Numbered from the stretch's first letter, positions 39,308-49,736 are shown. The stretch: DNA of 64,000 nucleotides from Patescibacteria group bacterium (GCA_022705905.1 JAKJDO010000002.1:8872-72871); one strand, 5' to 3'. Translations and numbers: made by a program. Notes: generated from the sequence alone by a model not told the origin.

Positions 39308-40459
39308 TTAGAAATGCAATACTTTTTTTCTTTTTGAGCACTCATAAGCATATAAATACATACCGGCGCTCCAGGCTTGATATGGTTCACCTTTCGGTTT
39401 GCCAACTTTACCGTCAAGCCATTCATTAAATTCGTATCCTTTTTTCATATCGCGAATTTGTAATTTTTGCAGATTAGCCTTAGCTAATGATTCTAAAGCT
39501 AATTTAGCTTTTTTATATTGTTTGGTTTTTACTAAAGCTGTGGCATAAAGTCCGCCGATGAAGGGCCAAATGCCAGCGTTTAAATAATGATAAGGTTCGC
39601 GCGCATCGCAAAGTTCAAAATAATTACGCCATTCTTTGTCGCCCTTTTTAATCGGTGGCCAAATAGCCTTGCAAGGGAAGGGTTTATTTATTTTGTTTTT
39701 CTCAATATAATTTAAAATATTTTTAGCGATTTTATCTGTCGCCAATCCGGTAATAATAGCCAATAAATTGCCGGCCGTGTCAAACCATTCTTCATGTTCG
39801 CGAATATTGTCATGATTTTTCCAACCCCACGGATAATAATAACCTAGTTTTTTGTTGTAAAGTGAGGCATAAGTATGGCCATCGCCATTAATTATTTTTT
39901 TTAAGTTGGCTGCCTTTTCATTTTCTCCCATCAACATTAAAACTGAATAAAAAAGAGCGTTGCAGTGAATCGTGTAGCCATATTTATGCGGAAAGGCATC
40001 TTCCCAGTCATTCGTTGGCTGCTGGGCTAAAAGTCCTAGATTGTCAGGATCTTGTGCACGTAGCCACCATAAAGTTTTTATTAGTTGCTTACTGTATTTT
40101 TTTAGTAGGCTTCTGTCTTTAAAATTTTCAGCGTAAACAAAATTACCAATAATAAACCAGAGCGAAGAATCAACGCTATTAAAAGTGACAGCTGATTTTC
40201 GATCCAGGTTATAAGAGCCAATACAGTTAGGAATCTGTCCCATCTCCGCTTGATTTTTAGCGAGCAAGCTAATGCTTTTAGCAATGACATTTTTAAACTG
40301 ATCGCCAACTAACGACGCACCAAGACTGGTAATCATAGAATCGCGCGCCCAAGTTGCTTCATAGCCGCCTTTTAAACCAGAGGCATAAAGACCAGTTGGT
40401 TTTGAGCAGGCAGTTATAACGTCAATCGCTTTATTGTATGCGAGTTGTTTTGTGTTCAT
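39308..40459 (-). CDS. Six-hairpin (alpha/alpha toroid) glycoside hydrolase, amylo-alpha-1,6-glucosidase/GDB1-like
   Basis: YEATWARDSMITSLGA, NDWEDAF, YHYLNAGIWPFIGG. The ATG at 40459 is preferred. Confidence 0.7.
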   Translation of the reverse strand: MNTKQLAYNKAIDVITACSKPTGLYASGLKGGYEATWARDSMITSLGASLVGDQFKNVIAKSISLLAKNQAEMGQIPNCIGSYNLDRKSAVTFNSVDSSLWFIIGNFVYAENFKDRSLLKKYSKQLIKTLWWLRAQDPDNLGLLAQQPTNDWEDAFPHKYGYTIHCNALFYSVLMLMGENEKAANLKKIINGDGHTYASLYNKKLGYYYPWGWKNHDNIREHEEWFDTAGNLLAIITGLATDKIAKNILNYIEKNKINKPFPCKAIWPPIKKGDKEWRNYFELCDAREPYHYLNAGIWPFIGGLYATALVKTKQYKKAKLALESLAKANLQKLQIRDMKKGYEFNEWLDGKVGKPKGEPYQAWSAGMYLYAYECSKRKKVLHF

Positions 40460-40547
40460 ATAAATCACGCAACACATAACATTGAGCACACAACAAATTT
40501 GTTTAATATTTTTTTGTTATGTGTTATGTGTTACGTGTTATATAAAA

Positions 40548-42758
40548 TTAATTGTAAACATTTTTAATTGCTAGTCTGGCCAAGAAGTATGACAGAGTCG
40601 ATTCCGCTCCTTGGTTAAAATTTAAAGAAAAACGACCTAGACCGTCGTAGCAGCCACCAGTGGCCTCGTCGTAGACCATTTGATTTAAGTGATTTTTGCC
40701 AAGAAACCATTCAAAAGCTAATTTTGCCTGGTTTTGATATTTTTTATTTTTTGTAATTTGATATGCAGCGACTAAAGTCTCAACAGCCGATGATGCATCT
40801 TCTGGTTGCTGGTCAAAGTAGGCGCGCTTGCCATTACGGAAATACCAGCCGTCTTGACCGATGGGTGAGAAATATTCCGGTTTTTCAAAGGTCACTCCTG
40901 ACAAGAAGTCTAGAGTTTTAATGGCTATCTCTAAGTAGGTTTTGTTGCGCGTGACTATGTAGGCTCGAAATAAAGCTTCGGGTAGTTTGTAATTTGAATA
41001 AGTTAAACAATCTTCAAACCAGCGCCAATCATCGCCAGTGTGCTCGCGATAATGTTTAATCAATTTTCCAGCTAAATCGTTGATAATATTAACAAGCTGC
41101 TCGTTGGTTTCTTTTTCGGCAACATGGCTCAAGCCAATAGCAGCGAAAGAAATAGCGCGCAAAGACTCCAGTTCATCCGCCCATTTTAAAGCCTTTTTTA
41201 AAATAGTATTGGCTTGTTTTTTAAAATTTTCCGGGATATAGTCGCGCGACAGTAAAAAACCTAATGCCCAAATAGCTCTGCCAAAAGAATCTTCACTTTC
41301 GGTTTGGTCAATAAATGTTTTTTGATAGCTGACGAAGTTATGGAAACGGCCATTTTTTTTCTGGACGAATTTGATGAAATTAAGATAAATTTCAATAGAA
41401 TCTAAAACTGATTGTTTCTTCTTTTTAGCGTAAAGTTCGGTAAAGCCGATTAGCGCGCGCGCGTTGTCGTCCAGACAGTAGCCGGAATGAGGATCGGGTT
41501 TAGTATGGTTGGCGAATTGGATAATTCCGAATTTGTCGGATAAATTTTTAATATATCTAATATCAACCGGTAGTATCTTATCTTTTTTCTTGGGAACAAT
41601 TTTAGCGAAATTGTTAAACAAATTAAAATATGACAAGGAGACATTTTGCCAGGTCATGTGGCGAGTATAAAAATAAGTGTTCTTGCTCATTTCTTTGCGC
41701 ATTTTTTTATCAGCAATCATTTCTAGAAGCGCTTTTTTAATATCGTTGGAATTACGAAAACGAACTAAGGTGCCACGCTCACGATTAATAACGCTTTGCG
41801 CATATTGGCTAGCGGTCGCGATTGTCGGGCAGGCGCAAGACATAGCGTCGGATAGAGAGCCGCTAGAAGCCTGTTCTTTACTGAGCATCGGATAAATATA
41901 AATATCAGTGGCTTTTAGAAATTCGGTTATTTCCCACTCTTCCAGATAGCGATTATAAAATTTAACATACTCTTCCAGTCCTAGCTGGTTTACCATTTTT
42001 ATTAATCTATTGCGATATTTTTCGCCTTCTCGTTTTAAAATTAACGGGTGAGTGGCGCCAATGACCAAGTACAAAATATTAGGATGCTGTTTAACGACTT
42101 CCGGCAGAGCCTGGATGGCATATTCAATGCCCTTATCGCGGCTAATCATGCCAAAAGTAGAAATAACGAAACGATCGTTTAAGTTTAAAGACTTTTTAGC
42201 TTTTGTTTTGGACGGAAAAGGAACGTGAAAAACGCCATGAGGGATTAAATGAATTTTATTCTTTTTTACTCCATAAATTTCATGCAAAATATTTTTGGCC
42301 GTATGATTCATGACAACAATCGCATCGCATTTTTCCGAAATAGTTTTGGTTATCTTCTTCATTTTTTCTTCCGGCCGAGGGAGGGTGGTGTGCATGGTAA
42401 CTACACAAGGCTTTTTTAATAATTCCAAAAAGAAAATTAAATATTCGCCTTGATCGCCGCCGAACAAGCCGAACTCATGTTGGATATTAACTAGTTTTAT
42501 ATTGGGAGAATGATTTATTTCGTTGGCGCGATTAATATAATCTTCAATTTCCTCTTCGTTAATTTGCGCAACAACTTTGCGCGGGTAATTATAAATTGAA
42601 GTATCGCTGTCGTTGATCGCTAAAATTTTACTTTTAATTTCTGGATTAAATTCTTTATCAAAAGAATCAGTTAGACGTTTAGTAAAAGTAGCAATGCCAC
42701 ATTCGCGCGGGGGGAAGGAGCTCAAGAATAAAATGGACGGACTATTAGGTTTGGCCAT
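40548..42758 (-). CDS. Fusion protein: N-terminal GT4 glycosyltransferase plus C-terminal alpha/alpha-toroid-like domain
   Basis: GT-B motifs (FPPRECGIATF, EQASSGSLSDAMSCACPTIAT); C-terminal half with repeated helical WxxA motifs. Confidence 0.75.
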   Translation of the reverse strand: MAKPNSPSILFLSSFPPRECGIATFTKRLTDSFDKEFNPEIKSKILAINDSDTSIYNYPRKVVAQINEEEIEDYINRANEINHSPNIKLVNIQHEFGLFGGDQGEYLIFFLELLKKPCVVTMHTTLPRPEEKMKKITKTISEKCDAIVVMNHTAKNILHEIYGVKKNKIHLIPHGVFHVPFPSKTKAKKSLNLNDRFVISTFGMISRDKGIEYAIQALPEVVKQHPNILYLVIGATHPLILKREGEKYRNRLIKMVNQLGLEEYVKFYNRYLEEWEITEFLKATDIYIYPMLSKEQASSGSLSDAMSCACPTIATASQYAQSVINRERGTLVRFRNSNDIKKALLEMIADKKMRKEMSKNTYFYTRHMTWQNVSLSYFNLFNNFAKIVPKKKDKILPVDIRYIKNLSDKFGIIQFANHTKPDPHSGYCLDDNARALIGFTELYAKKKKQSVLDSIEIYLNFIKFVQKKNGRFHNFVSYQKTFIDQTESEDSFGRAIWALGFLLSRDYIPENFKKQANTILKKALKWADELESLRAISFAAIGLSHVAEKETNEQLVNIINDLAGKLIKHYREHTGDDWRWFEDCLTYSNYKLPEALFRAYIVTRNKTYLEIAIKTLDFLSGVTFEKPEYFSPIGQDGWYFRNGKRAYFDQQPEDASSAVETLVAAYQITKNKKYQNQAKLAFEWFLGKNHLNQMVYDEATGGCYDGLGRFSLNFNQGAESTLSYFLARLAIKNVYN

Positions 42759-42781
42759 AAATCATTGCTAGAAGAATTATA

Positions 42782-43846
42782 CTATTTCTTTTTTGTTCTT
42801 GTTTTTTTAACCTTGTATTTTAATAGTTCTTTGAGTAGACTTTTAAAATTAACACTGGCCGCAGCAACATAATTGTCAGCGGCGCCATAATAAATAAACA
42901 GCCTGTCTTTAAATAAGGCGGTACCGGTCGGGAAGACAACATTATTAACTTGCCCGCGATTTTCGTATTCTTCATCTGGGCGCAATATTGGATAAGGTAA
43001 TTTAGCTATAATTTTTTTTGGATCTTTTAAATCAAGCAAGACCGCGCCGGCGTTATAAATTCTGCCCTTATTGCGTTCAGCGGCTCCATGGTAAATTAAA
43101 AGCCAACCGTGTTTAGTTTTAATTGGTGGCGCGCCAGCGCCGACATGGCGTTCTTCCCAGCCAAAAGTTTTTTCCAGCACCACGTGCTTGCCGATATGAT
43201 GCAAATGGTTGTGCCAGTATTCAGCATTTTTATACATTTCAAAATTATCTACGCGCGCTTGTTGTATGTCTGGTAAAATTCTATGTAATAAAGCAAATTT
43301 ACCGCGAATTTTTTCCGGGAAAAAAACTCCATCTTTTTCCCAAATTAACACTTTATCGCCAGCGTATTTTTCGTAATAAGAAGCAAACCAAAAATAATCA
43401 TCTTTGATTTTAGAAAAACTCATTAGTTTAGCTGCGCGCTTATAGGTGATTTGGGGGCTAATTATACCTCCGCGTTTTAAGTCAAGAATATTAGAGCCCC
43501 GCATATAGGCGATTTGAGCATTTTTACCGTCATGAGCAACATAGGTCATTAAAAGTTCATTACCAAATTTGGTAATCCGCGGATCTTCCAGCCCTTTTTT
43601 CTCATAAGTGTATTGGGGTTTAAATATCGGTTTTTTCCAACGCTCAACAACCTCCATAGGACCTTTTAATTTAGCATAGCCGATGGAAGAGATATTCTTT
43701 TTATTGACCGCTCGATAAAGAATGTGGACGTAGTCGCCTTCTTGGTAAACTCCAGGGTTTAAGACCGCCAAATTTTCAAAAGTTTGTTTAGTCGGATGCA
43801 AAATTACACCTTCACGTTTTACTTTTAGCATAAGGGGAAAATCCAA
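42782..43846 (-). CDS. GH130-family glycoside phosphorylase/hydrolase (DUF377)
   Basis: VLNPGVYQEGDYVHILYRAV, EDPRITKF, YYGAADNYV. Confidence 0.8.
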   Translation of the reverse strand: MDFPLMLKVKREGVILHPTKQTFENLAVLNPGVYQEGDYVHILYRAVNKKNISSIGYAKLKGPMEVVERWKKPIFKPQYTYEKKGLEDPRITKFGNELLMTYVAHDGKNAQIAYMRGSNILDLKRGGIISPQITYKRAAKLMSFSKIKDDYFWFASYYEKYAGDKVLIWEKDGVFFPEKIRGKFALLHRILPDIQQARVDNFEMYKNAEYWHNHLHHIGKHVVLEKTFGWEERHVGAGAPPIKTKHGWLLIYHGAAERNKGRIYNAGAVLLDLKDPKKIIAKLPYPILRPDEEYENRGQVNNVVFPTGTALFKDRLFIYYGAADNYVAAASVNFKSLLKELLKYKVKKTRTKKK

Positions 43847-44077
43847 CGCACCTAACCTATTTTTCTAATCTTTTTTGGAGACAATAGCCGATCTGTTAAA
43901 CAAAAATATGGCCTAACTCTCAGTATTTTAGGTGAGGTGGTGAATCAATAATTATAGTAAAATTATAGCAAAATCTATTCAGATAAGCAATCTGTTTGTT
44001 ATAAAATAGACTATCTGCGAACGGCACAGATAGTCTTAAGTGCATTTAATTTTTACAGCTTGAGAAAGAGCAATGGC

Positions 44078-44701
44078 CTAGATAACTTTATGAGCGAAAA
44101 TTTCGCCGATTTCATAGCAGGCATCGCCATACCACGAGCTGACTAAGATCCTGTTGCAGACACTGCCAACGTAGATAGGATTGTTTCTACAGAAATCAGC
44201 TGAGTTGAAACACATCTTTTTGGGTAGAAAGTCGCCAACAGCGGCATAAGACAAAACGTTGGCTGGCGCCCTACCTTGGTCAGTTCTCAGGACCGAACAG
44301 AGGCGCTTGAATATTGGAAGATTGTCTTTGGTGACAGGCGCCTTGCCCAGTAGCCACCAGGCAATTTGGCCGCGATCAAGAGCGAAATTCCGTCCACGGC
44401 AATAATGATCAAAGGCGTAATTGTCGAAAGCGCCTGGAGTTGATTCTATCTGCATTTCGCAGATTGATTTTGGCAGAAAAGCCACCAAGTTGCAGTGTTC
44501 AGCGCACTCTTTCAGCTGTTCTTCGGAAAGATTAATGTAGTTAAGGAAAGATCTTTCCGGTTGACTCGGACTTGTCCTAAGAAGACGAATGGCCGTTTCA
44601 ATCCCCAATACGTTATCCCTCCCGAAAATCTGCATTGCACGATTTCGTGATGTGACCCAGCTTCCTCTTTCCTGACAAGGAGACAAAAAACCTCTAGACA
44701 T
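44078..44701 (-). CDS. GC-rich orphan protein (207 aa, Cys-rich, no recognised family)
   Basis: SD GGGAGG 5 nt before the ATG at 44701. About 50% GC in the sampled row 44101-44160. Confidence 0.55.
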   Translation of the reverse strand: MSRGFLSPCQERGSWVTSRNRAMQIFGRDNVLGIETAIRLLRTSPSQPERSFLNYINLSEEQLKECAEHCNLVAFLPKSICEMQIESTPGAFDNYAFDHYCRGRNFALDRGQIAWWLLGKAPVTKDNLPIFKRLCSVLRTDQGRAPANVLSYAAVGDFLPKKMCFNSADFCRNNPIYVGSVCNRILVSSWYGDACYEIGEIFAHKVI

Positions 44702-44912
44702 GAAAACCTCCCATAAAGTTGTTTTGCTCAATGCGCCCGAGCAGACGGCCTGCTTATTTTGGGTAGGCCTTTTACATAGGCGTTCTGGCTGTGATTAGGC
44801 TGTGATTAGTTAGAAAGGACGACTCAAAATAAAGCGAAAGCTTTGAGCGAAAAACAAAACGCGCTCAAGGCGCTCGCTTCATTAGAATGAGTTTGACCTA
44901 AAAAGGCCAACC

Positions 44913-44942
44913 ATAATATACCGCTAAGCGCATGATTGTCAA
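44913..44942 (-). promoter_or_regulatory. Promoter (TTGACA-16-TATATT) giving a 5' UTR of about 200 nt for the 44078 gene
   Basis: Reverse complement of ccataatataccgctaagcgcatgattgtcaa. The UTR holds the tandem 11-mer taatcacagcc x2 (44787-44808) and several GC hairpins. Confidence 0.45.
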
Positions 44943-45124
44943 GGGGTCGAATTTTTTTTCCTTGTGGACAACATACTCGGACCCATATGGGCTAGACGCG
45001 GACTAAGGCTGACGAATTTTTTCCCTCTTTAGATAAAGAGGGAGGTGGAGGTGAGACGAAGAAATAAAAGAGCCACAGTCCTTGCGAGACTGTGACTTGG
45101 CTGAAATATTATCTAGCTAAAATA

Positions 45125-45580
45125 TTATTTACCTTTTTCTTTAAAGGTTACAATCCATCTTGCAGCTGACTCCATTTGGAATGGAACAAATCCTTGCAAT
45201 GTGAATTTACATCCCTTATCCCAATCCATTGGATCAATCCATCCACTATAAAAAATTTTGGCTAGTCCGCTATCATCGAGGATGGGGTGATTTCTAAAAC
45301 CATAAGGATCATTGTTTTCGCTACTTAGTTTTCCATCGTCAATTAGCTTTGCTATTATTCCTTTGGAGTTTTCTTTTACATATCCGTCATATTTTGGCAA
45401 CTCTTCTTTAAAAAATTTTTCAACTTCTTCATACTGTTCAGTTCCCTTTGTGTAAGGATTTCTTTTTTCCAAATTTATCGAGACATCTTCGATATTCATT
45501 TCTCTGGCTTCTTGAGCCATCTCCTCAGCCTTTTCAGCTTCTTTTTTCGATGGAACATATTGAAGTGTTTTTTCTTTCAT
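45125..45580 (-). CDS. Hypothetical protein
   Basis: Track ORF; terminator cacagtc...gactgtg downstream (45075-45100). Confidence 0.5.
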   Translation of the reverse strand: MKEKTLQYVPSKKEAEKAEEMAQEAREMNIEDVSINLEKRNPYTKGTEQYEEVEKFFKEELPKYDGYVKENSKGIIAKLIDDGKLSSENNDPYGFRNHPILDDSGLAKIFYSGWIDPMDWDKGCKFTLQGFVPFQMESAARWIVTFKEKGK

Positions 45581-45733
45581 AGTTTTTGTTTAATTCATAT
45601 TATTTATTTAGCTATTTCTATTTTACCCCCCCCCTATGTCAATTTGTCAATTTTAACGAAATAAGGGCATTTGCTAAAAACAACAAAATAAATTAAAATA
45701 GAAGAATAAAACAATAAAAATTATAACAATAAT

Positions 45734-46966
45734 ATGGCTAAAGTTATTACAGATAATAAAAAAATTGAAGAAATATTAAATAGAAGTATTGCAGAAATTT
45801 TACCAAGCAAACAAGCATTCAGAGAAGCGCTATTGTCTGGGAAACAGTTAAAAGTTTATATTGGCGCCGATGCTACGGGGCCGGCTTTGCATTTGGGGCA
45901 CGCCACTAATTATATGGTTCTTGAACGTTTGCGTCAGCTTGGGCATAAAGTGGTTATTTTAATCGGTGATTTTACTGCCAGAATCGGTGATCCGACTGAC
46001 AAGTTAGCGGTGCGCCAACAGTTGACCAGAGAAGATGTGAAAAGAAATGTAAAAACGTGGTTAAAACAACTGCAACCAATAGTTGATTTAAAGGATAAAG
46101 ATAATCCAGTTGAAATAGTTTATAATCATAGCTGGCTGTCAAAATTAAATTTTGAGAATATCATAAATTTAGCATCAAATTTTACCGTACAGCAGATGTT
46201 GGAGAGAGACATGTTCGAAAAAAGAATGGTTGAAGGAAGGCCGATATATTTGCATGAGTTTTTTTATCCATTAATGCAAGGTTATGACAGCGTTGAATTA
46301 GACGTAGATGCAGAGATGTGCGGGACCGATCAAAAGTTTAATGCTTTGGTTGGTCGCTCTTTGATGAAGAAGCTTAAAAATAAAGAAAAATTTGTTATCA
46401 TTACGACGCTTTTAGAGAACCCAGTTACTGGAGAAAAGATGATGTCAAAAAGTTTGGGAACAGGAGTGTTTTTAAACGAATCAGCTGAAAATATGTATGG
46501 CAAATTAATGGCTCAGCCAGACGAGAATTTGCCCCAGTTATTTATTGATTGCACTTATGTTTATACGGAAGAGATAGAAAAAATAAAAAAGGATTTAAAG
46601 AGTAACGCTGTTAATCCGCGCGACATAAAAATGCGTTTAGCTTACGAAATAACAAAAATTTATCATGGTGAAATAAAGGCGCAAGCTGCTCAGGAAAGTT
46701 TTGTTAACACTTTTCAGAAGAAAGAGATTCCGAATGAGTTGGAAGTTTATGAGGTTAATAAAGTTGGAAGCATTAATATTATAGATTTGTTGAGTGAGTC
46801 AGGATTGGTAAATAGTAAAAGCGAGGCGAGAAGATTAATTGATGAGAAAGCAATAAAGGTTGACGGTGAAGTAATTAGCGACACAAATAAGGAGATAAAG
46901 ATTACTGAAAAAGGATTTGTTTTGCAGAGAGGAAAGAAACAGTTTAAAAAAATTATAAAAGTATAA
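45734..46966 (+). CDS. tyrS: Tyrosine--tRNA ligase
   Basis: GPALHLGHATNY (HIGH), KMMSKSLG (KMSKS), C-terminal S4 domain. Confidence 0.9.
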   Translation: MAKVITDNKKIEEILNRSIAEILPSKQAFREALLSGKQLKVYIGADATGPALHLGHATNYMVLERLRQLGHKVVILIGDFTARIGDPTDKLAVRQQLTREDVKRNVKTWLKQLQPIVDLKDKDNPVEIVYNHSWLSKLNFENIINLASNFTVQQMLERDMFEKRMVEGRPIYLHEFFYPLMQGYDSVELDVDAEMCGTDQKFNALVGRSLMKKLKNKEKFVIITTLLENPVTGEKMMSKSLGTGVFLNESAENMYGKLMAQPDENLPQLFIDCTYVYTEEIEKIKKDLKSNAVNPRDIKMRLAYEITKIYHGEIKAQAAQESFVNTFQKKEIPNELEVYEVNKVGSINIIDLLSESGLVNSKSEARRLIDEKAIKVDGEVISDTNKEIKITEKGFVLQRGKKQFKKIIKV

Positions 46967-46970
46967 CCTT

Positions 46971-47038
46971 TGTCATCCCCGCGAAGGCGGGGATCTAAAA
47001 ATAAGGAAATAGATCCCGGCTCGGAGGCCGGGATGAAA
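46971..47038. repeat. GC-rich hairpin mini-repeat
   Basis: tgtcatccccgcgaaggcggggatc ... gatcccggctcggaggccgggatgaaag. Confidence 0.8.
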
Positions 47039-47049
47039 GTTTACAAAAA

Positions 47050-48750
47050 ATGTATACCTTAGAAAAAGTAAAAAATGAAATAGTTGAAAAACTAAATAAG
47101 AAATTTGGCGAGAAAAGCGTGCAAGTTTCCGATATTGTTTATCCGCCGGACGTAATTATAGGAGATTTAAGTCTGCCCTGTTTCGGCCTATCAAAAAAGT
47201 TGAGCAAAGCGCCAGCCGAAGTGGCTTGCATGGTCGTCAGCACTGTAAAGCCAGAAGGATTAATAAAAGGTATAAAAGCCGTTGGCCCATATGCCAATTT
47301 TACTTTAAATAAACAAGAGCTAGCCAAAGGTGCCATCAGTGAAATTAATAAGCAGGGGGGCAAATATGGGAGTAATAAAATTGGCCGCAGTAAACGGGTA
47401 ATGCTCGAATTTTCTAACGGCAATACCCACAAAGAATTGCACGTCGGACATTTGCGCAATATTTGCCTTGGTGATTCGTTAACCAAAATTTTAGAAGCGA
47501 ATGGTTTTGAGAGCATCCCCGTTTCTTATATAAATGATTTCGGGATTCATGTTGCTAAAACTATTTGGGCGCTACAGGAATTTTATAAAGACGAGCAGCT
47601 ACCAGAAAATAGGGGTTGTTTTTTGGGAAAGATTTACGTCCGCGCCTGCCAAGAGTTAGAAAAAGATTCGGCTGGAAAGGCAACAGTGAATTTTATCATG
47701 AAAAAAATTGAAGAGAGAAGGGGCGGGGAATACAAACTTTGGCAAGAAACTAGAAAATGGAGCATTGAACAATTTGATAAAATTTATAAAGATTTAGGAG
47801 TTGATTTTCAATATACATTTTATGAAAATGAAGTAATTGACAAGGGTAAAAAAGTCTCAGCCAAGCTTTTAAAGTCAGGTATTTTAGAAAAAAGTGATGG
47901 AGCAGTTATCGCTAATTTAGAAAAATATAATTTGGGAGTTTTGGTTTTTTTTCGCTCGGATGGAACAGCGACCTATCCGGTGGCCGACTTGGCTTTAGCC
48001 GAAGAAAAATTTAAAAAGTTTAAAATAGATAAGTCAATTTATATCGTTGACGTCCGCCAGGCTTTATATTTCAAACAATTATTCAAGATTTTGGAGTTAA
48101 TGGGCTATAAAAAAGAAATGATCCATCTGGGCTATGAATTTTTAAAGTTACCGACCGGCATGATGTCTTCGCGAACCGGACAAGTCATTACTTTTGAGGA
48201 ATTGCGCGACCAGATTTTTGCTAAAGCTCAAGAAGAGACTAAAGCGCGACATCAGGAATGGGATGAAGAAAAAATAAACGAAGTTGCTAGAATTTTGGCG
48301 CTCGGGGCGATGAAGTTTGAGATGATAAAAGTCGGAGCTGATCAAGTAATTACTTTTGACATTGAGCAAGCTTTAAGCTTTTCTGGTTTTACAGCCGCTT
48401 ATTTACAATATACTTATGCGCGGCTAGATAGCATAATCAGAAAAGCAGGCGAAATAAAAAATAAAGTTGAATATAGCTTATTGACTGAAAATAAGGAAAA
48501 TGAGATAGTGATGATGCTGGCTAAATTTCCAGAGACCATAATGCGCGCCGGCAAAGAATATAACCCATCCGAAATTGCCAAATATTTATTTGAACTAGCG
48601 CAAATGACCAACGATTATTATCATCAGATTCCAGTGATGAAGGCCGAGGAAGATATAAAACAGGCGCGCCTGTCTTTAATCAGCTCAGTTAACCAGGTTA
48701 TTGAAAGTGGTTTAGAGATGCTGGGGGTAGAGATTTTAAAAGAAATGTAA
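47050..48750 (+). CDS. argS: Arginine--tRNA ligase
   Basis: NTHKELHVGHLRN, anticodon-binding DALR C-terminal domain ending LKEM. Confidence 0.95.
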   Translation: MYTLEKVKNEIVEKLNKKFGEKSVQVSDIVYPPDVIIGDLSLPCFGLSKKLSKAPAEVACMVVSTVKPEGLIKGIKAVGPYANFTLNKQELAKGAISEINKQGGKYGSNKIGRSKRVMLEFSNGNTHKELHVGHLRNICLGDSLTKILEANGFESIPVSYINDFGIHVAKTIWALQEFYKDEQLPENRGCFLGKIYVRACQELEKDSAGKATVNFIMKKIEERRGGEYKLWQETRKWSIEQFDKIYKDLGVDFQYTFYENEVIDKGKKVSAKLLKSGILEKSDGAVIANLEKYNLGVLVFFRSDGTATYPVADLALAEEKFKKFKIDKSIYIVDVRQALYFKQLFKILELMGYKKEMIHLGYEFLKLPTGMMSSRTGQVITFEELRDQIFAKAQEETKARHQEWDEEKINEVARILALGAMKFEMIKVGADQVITFDIEQALSFSGFTAAYLQYTYARLDSIIRKAGEIKNKVEYSLLTENKENEIVMMLAKFPETIMRAGKEYNPSEIAKYLFELAQMTNDYYHQIPVMKAEEDIKQARLSLISSVNQVIESGLEMLGVEILKEM

Positions 48751-48772
48751 ATTTATTATTAAATTAAAAATT

Positions 48773-49444
48773 ATGAAGAAAACAATCGTCATTTCGTTAA
48801 TTGCCGTCTTTTGTTTAGCTGGTTGCAGTTTTGGAAAAAATAAAACGGAAGATGCAAAAAAAACCTCTGAAGACACAACTTTGTTAGGGCAGTTAAAAAA
48901 CAGCGAGGGGATATCATGCGTCGTTAATACTTTAAACGGTGAGGTTAATATTAAGGCTAAGGGCGACAGCATCAGAATTGAAGGAGTATCTTATGTCTAT
49001 GACCAGACAGCAACAGCTGATATGACCAGTCCCCAGACTAATTTAGGCACAATGTTGTCAGTCGGCGACGAGCAATATATTTGGAGTGGTCAAAAAGGCA
49101 CAAAATTTAACGCTAAGGAATTGAGCAAAATGACGGGCGAGCAAACCGAAATTGAGACGGCAGCTAAAGATTGGCAATCCACTATTGGCGAGTGGCAGCA
49201 GGCCGGATTTAATTATCGATGCGAAAAAGAGAATTTGTTAGACGATATATTCACCCCACCGAGCGATGTGGACTTTACCGATTTAAATGAGACGTTGCGC
49301 CTTTTACAAAATTTAAATCAGCCGACATCTAATGATATAGGTTCTGATGGTATAATTTCTGACTTAGTAAGTGATTCAGCGGGCATTGCTCTGCCAGTAA
49401 ATATTCCCGCCCTGACTGAAGAGGGTGACGTTGAAAACGAATAA
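48773..49444 (+). CDS. Lipoprotein, unknown function
   Basis: Signal peptide with lipobox LAGC. Confidence 0.6.
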   Translation: MKKTIVISLIAVFCLAGCSFGKNKTEDAKKTSEDTTLLGQLKNSEGISCVVNTLNGEVNIKAKGDSIRIEGVSYVYDQTATADMTSPQTNLGTMLSVGDEQYIWSGQKGTKFNAKELSKMTGEQTEIETAAKDWQSTIGEWQQAGFNYRCEKENLLDDIFTPPSDVDFTDLNETLRLLQNLNQPTSNDIGSDGIISDLVSDSAGIALPVNIPALTEEGDVENE

Positions 49445-49505
49445 GATATAAAAAGTGAAGATAAAAAGGCGACCTGTAAGGTCGCCTTTTGGTATGATAA
49501 AAAAA

Positions 49506-49726
49506 TTGACAAAATACCAGTGAGAGTTATAATATAAAAAGCAGCTTAAGAGGAGATTGGCACCTCATTTAAAATAGCTACTACGATTAAGAAGCCTTTC
49601 AAAGATTTTGGAAGGAAGCTAGATGGAACCGCGGGGCACCCGCCTTCGTCAAGACTACGGCGAGGCAAAGGAAACCTCGTTCTAGCAACTTAAATTTTAT
49701 TTAGGTTGTCAGAACGAGGTTTTTAA
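49506..49726 (+). promoter_or_regulatory. Promoter plus T-box leader (probable Gly specificity) with a GC-rich repeat in the antiterminator loop
   Basis: TTGACA-16-TATAAT at 49506-49533. Antiterminator gctaga[TGGAACC]gcgggg ... cctcgt tctagc (49618-49686). Competing terminator 49672-49724 plus T5. UUGGCA at 49557-49562. Confidence 0.7.
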
Positions 49727-49736
49727 ATTATCAATT

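Noticed and set aside
39190-39426. Track ORFs made largely of repeat sequence (39190..39426 minus, 8871..9089 minus).
   Set aside because: Their sequence is the translated hairpin repeat itself and they overlap real genes or intergenic repeats, so they are not independent genes. The same applies to the N-terminal extensions of track ORFs 21877.. and 37393.., which are repeat-encoded and are trimmed in the feature list.
49605-49625. The ggaaggaagc motif as an SRP (4.5S) RNA helix-8 signature.
   Set aside because: The surrounding sequence lacks the SRP hairpin and instead forms a canonical T-box antiterminator with a UGGAACC bulge and an overlapping terminator.
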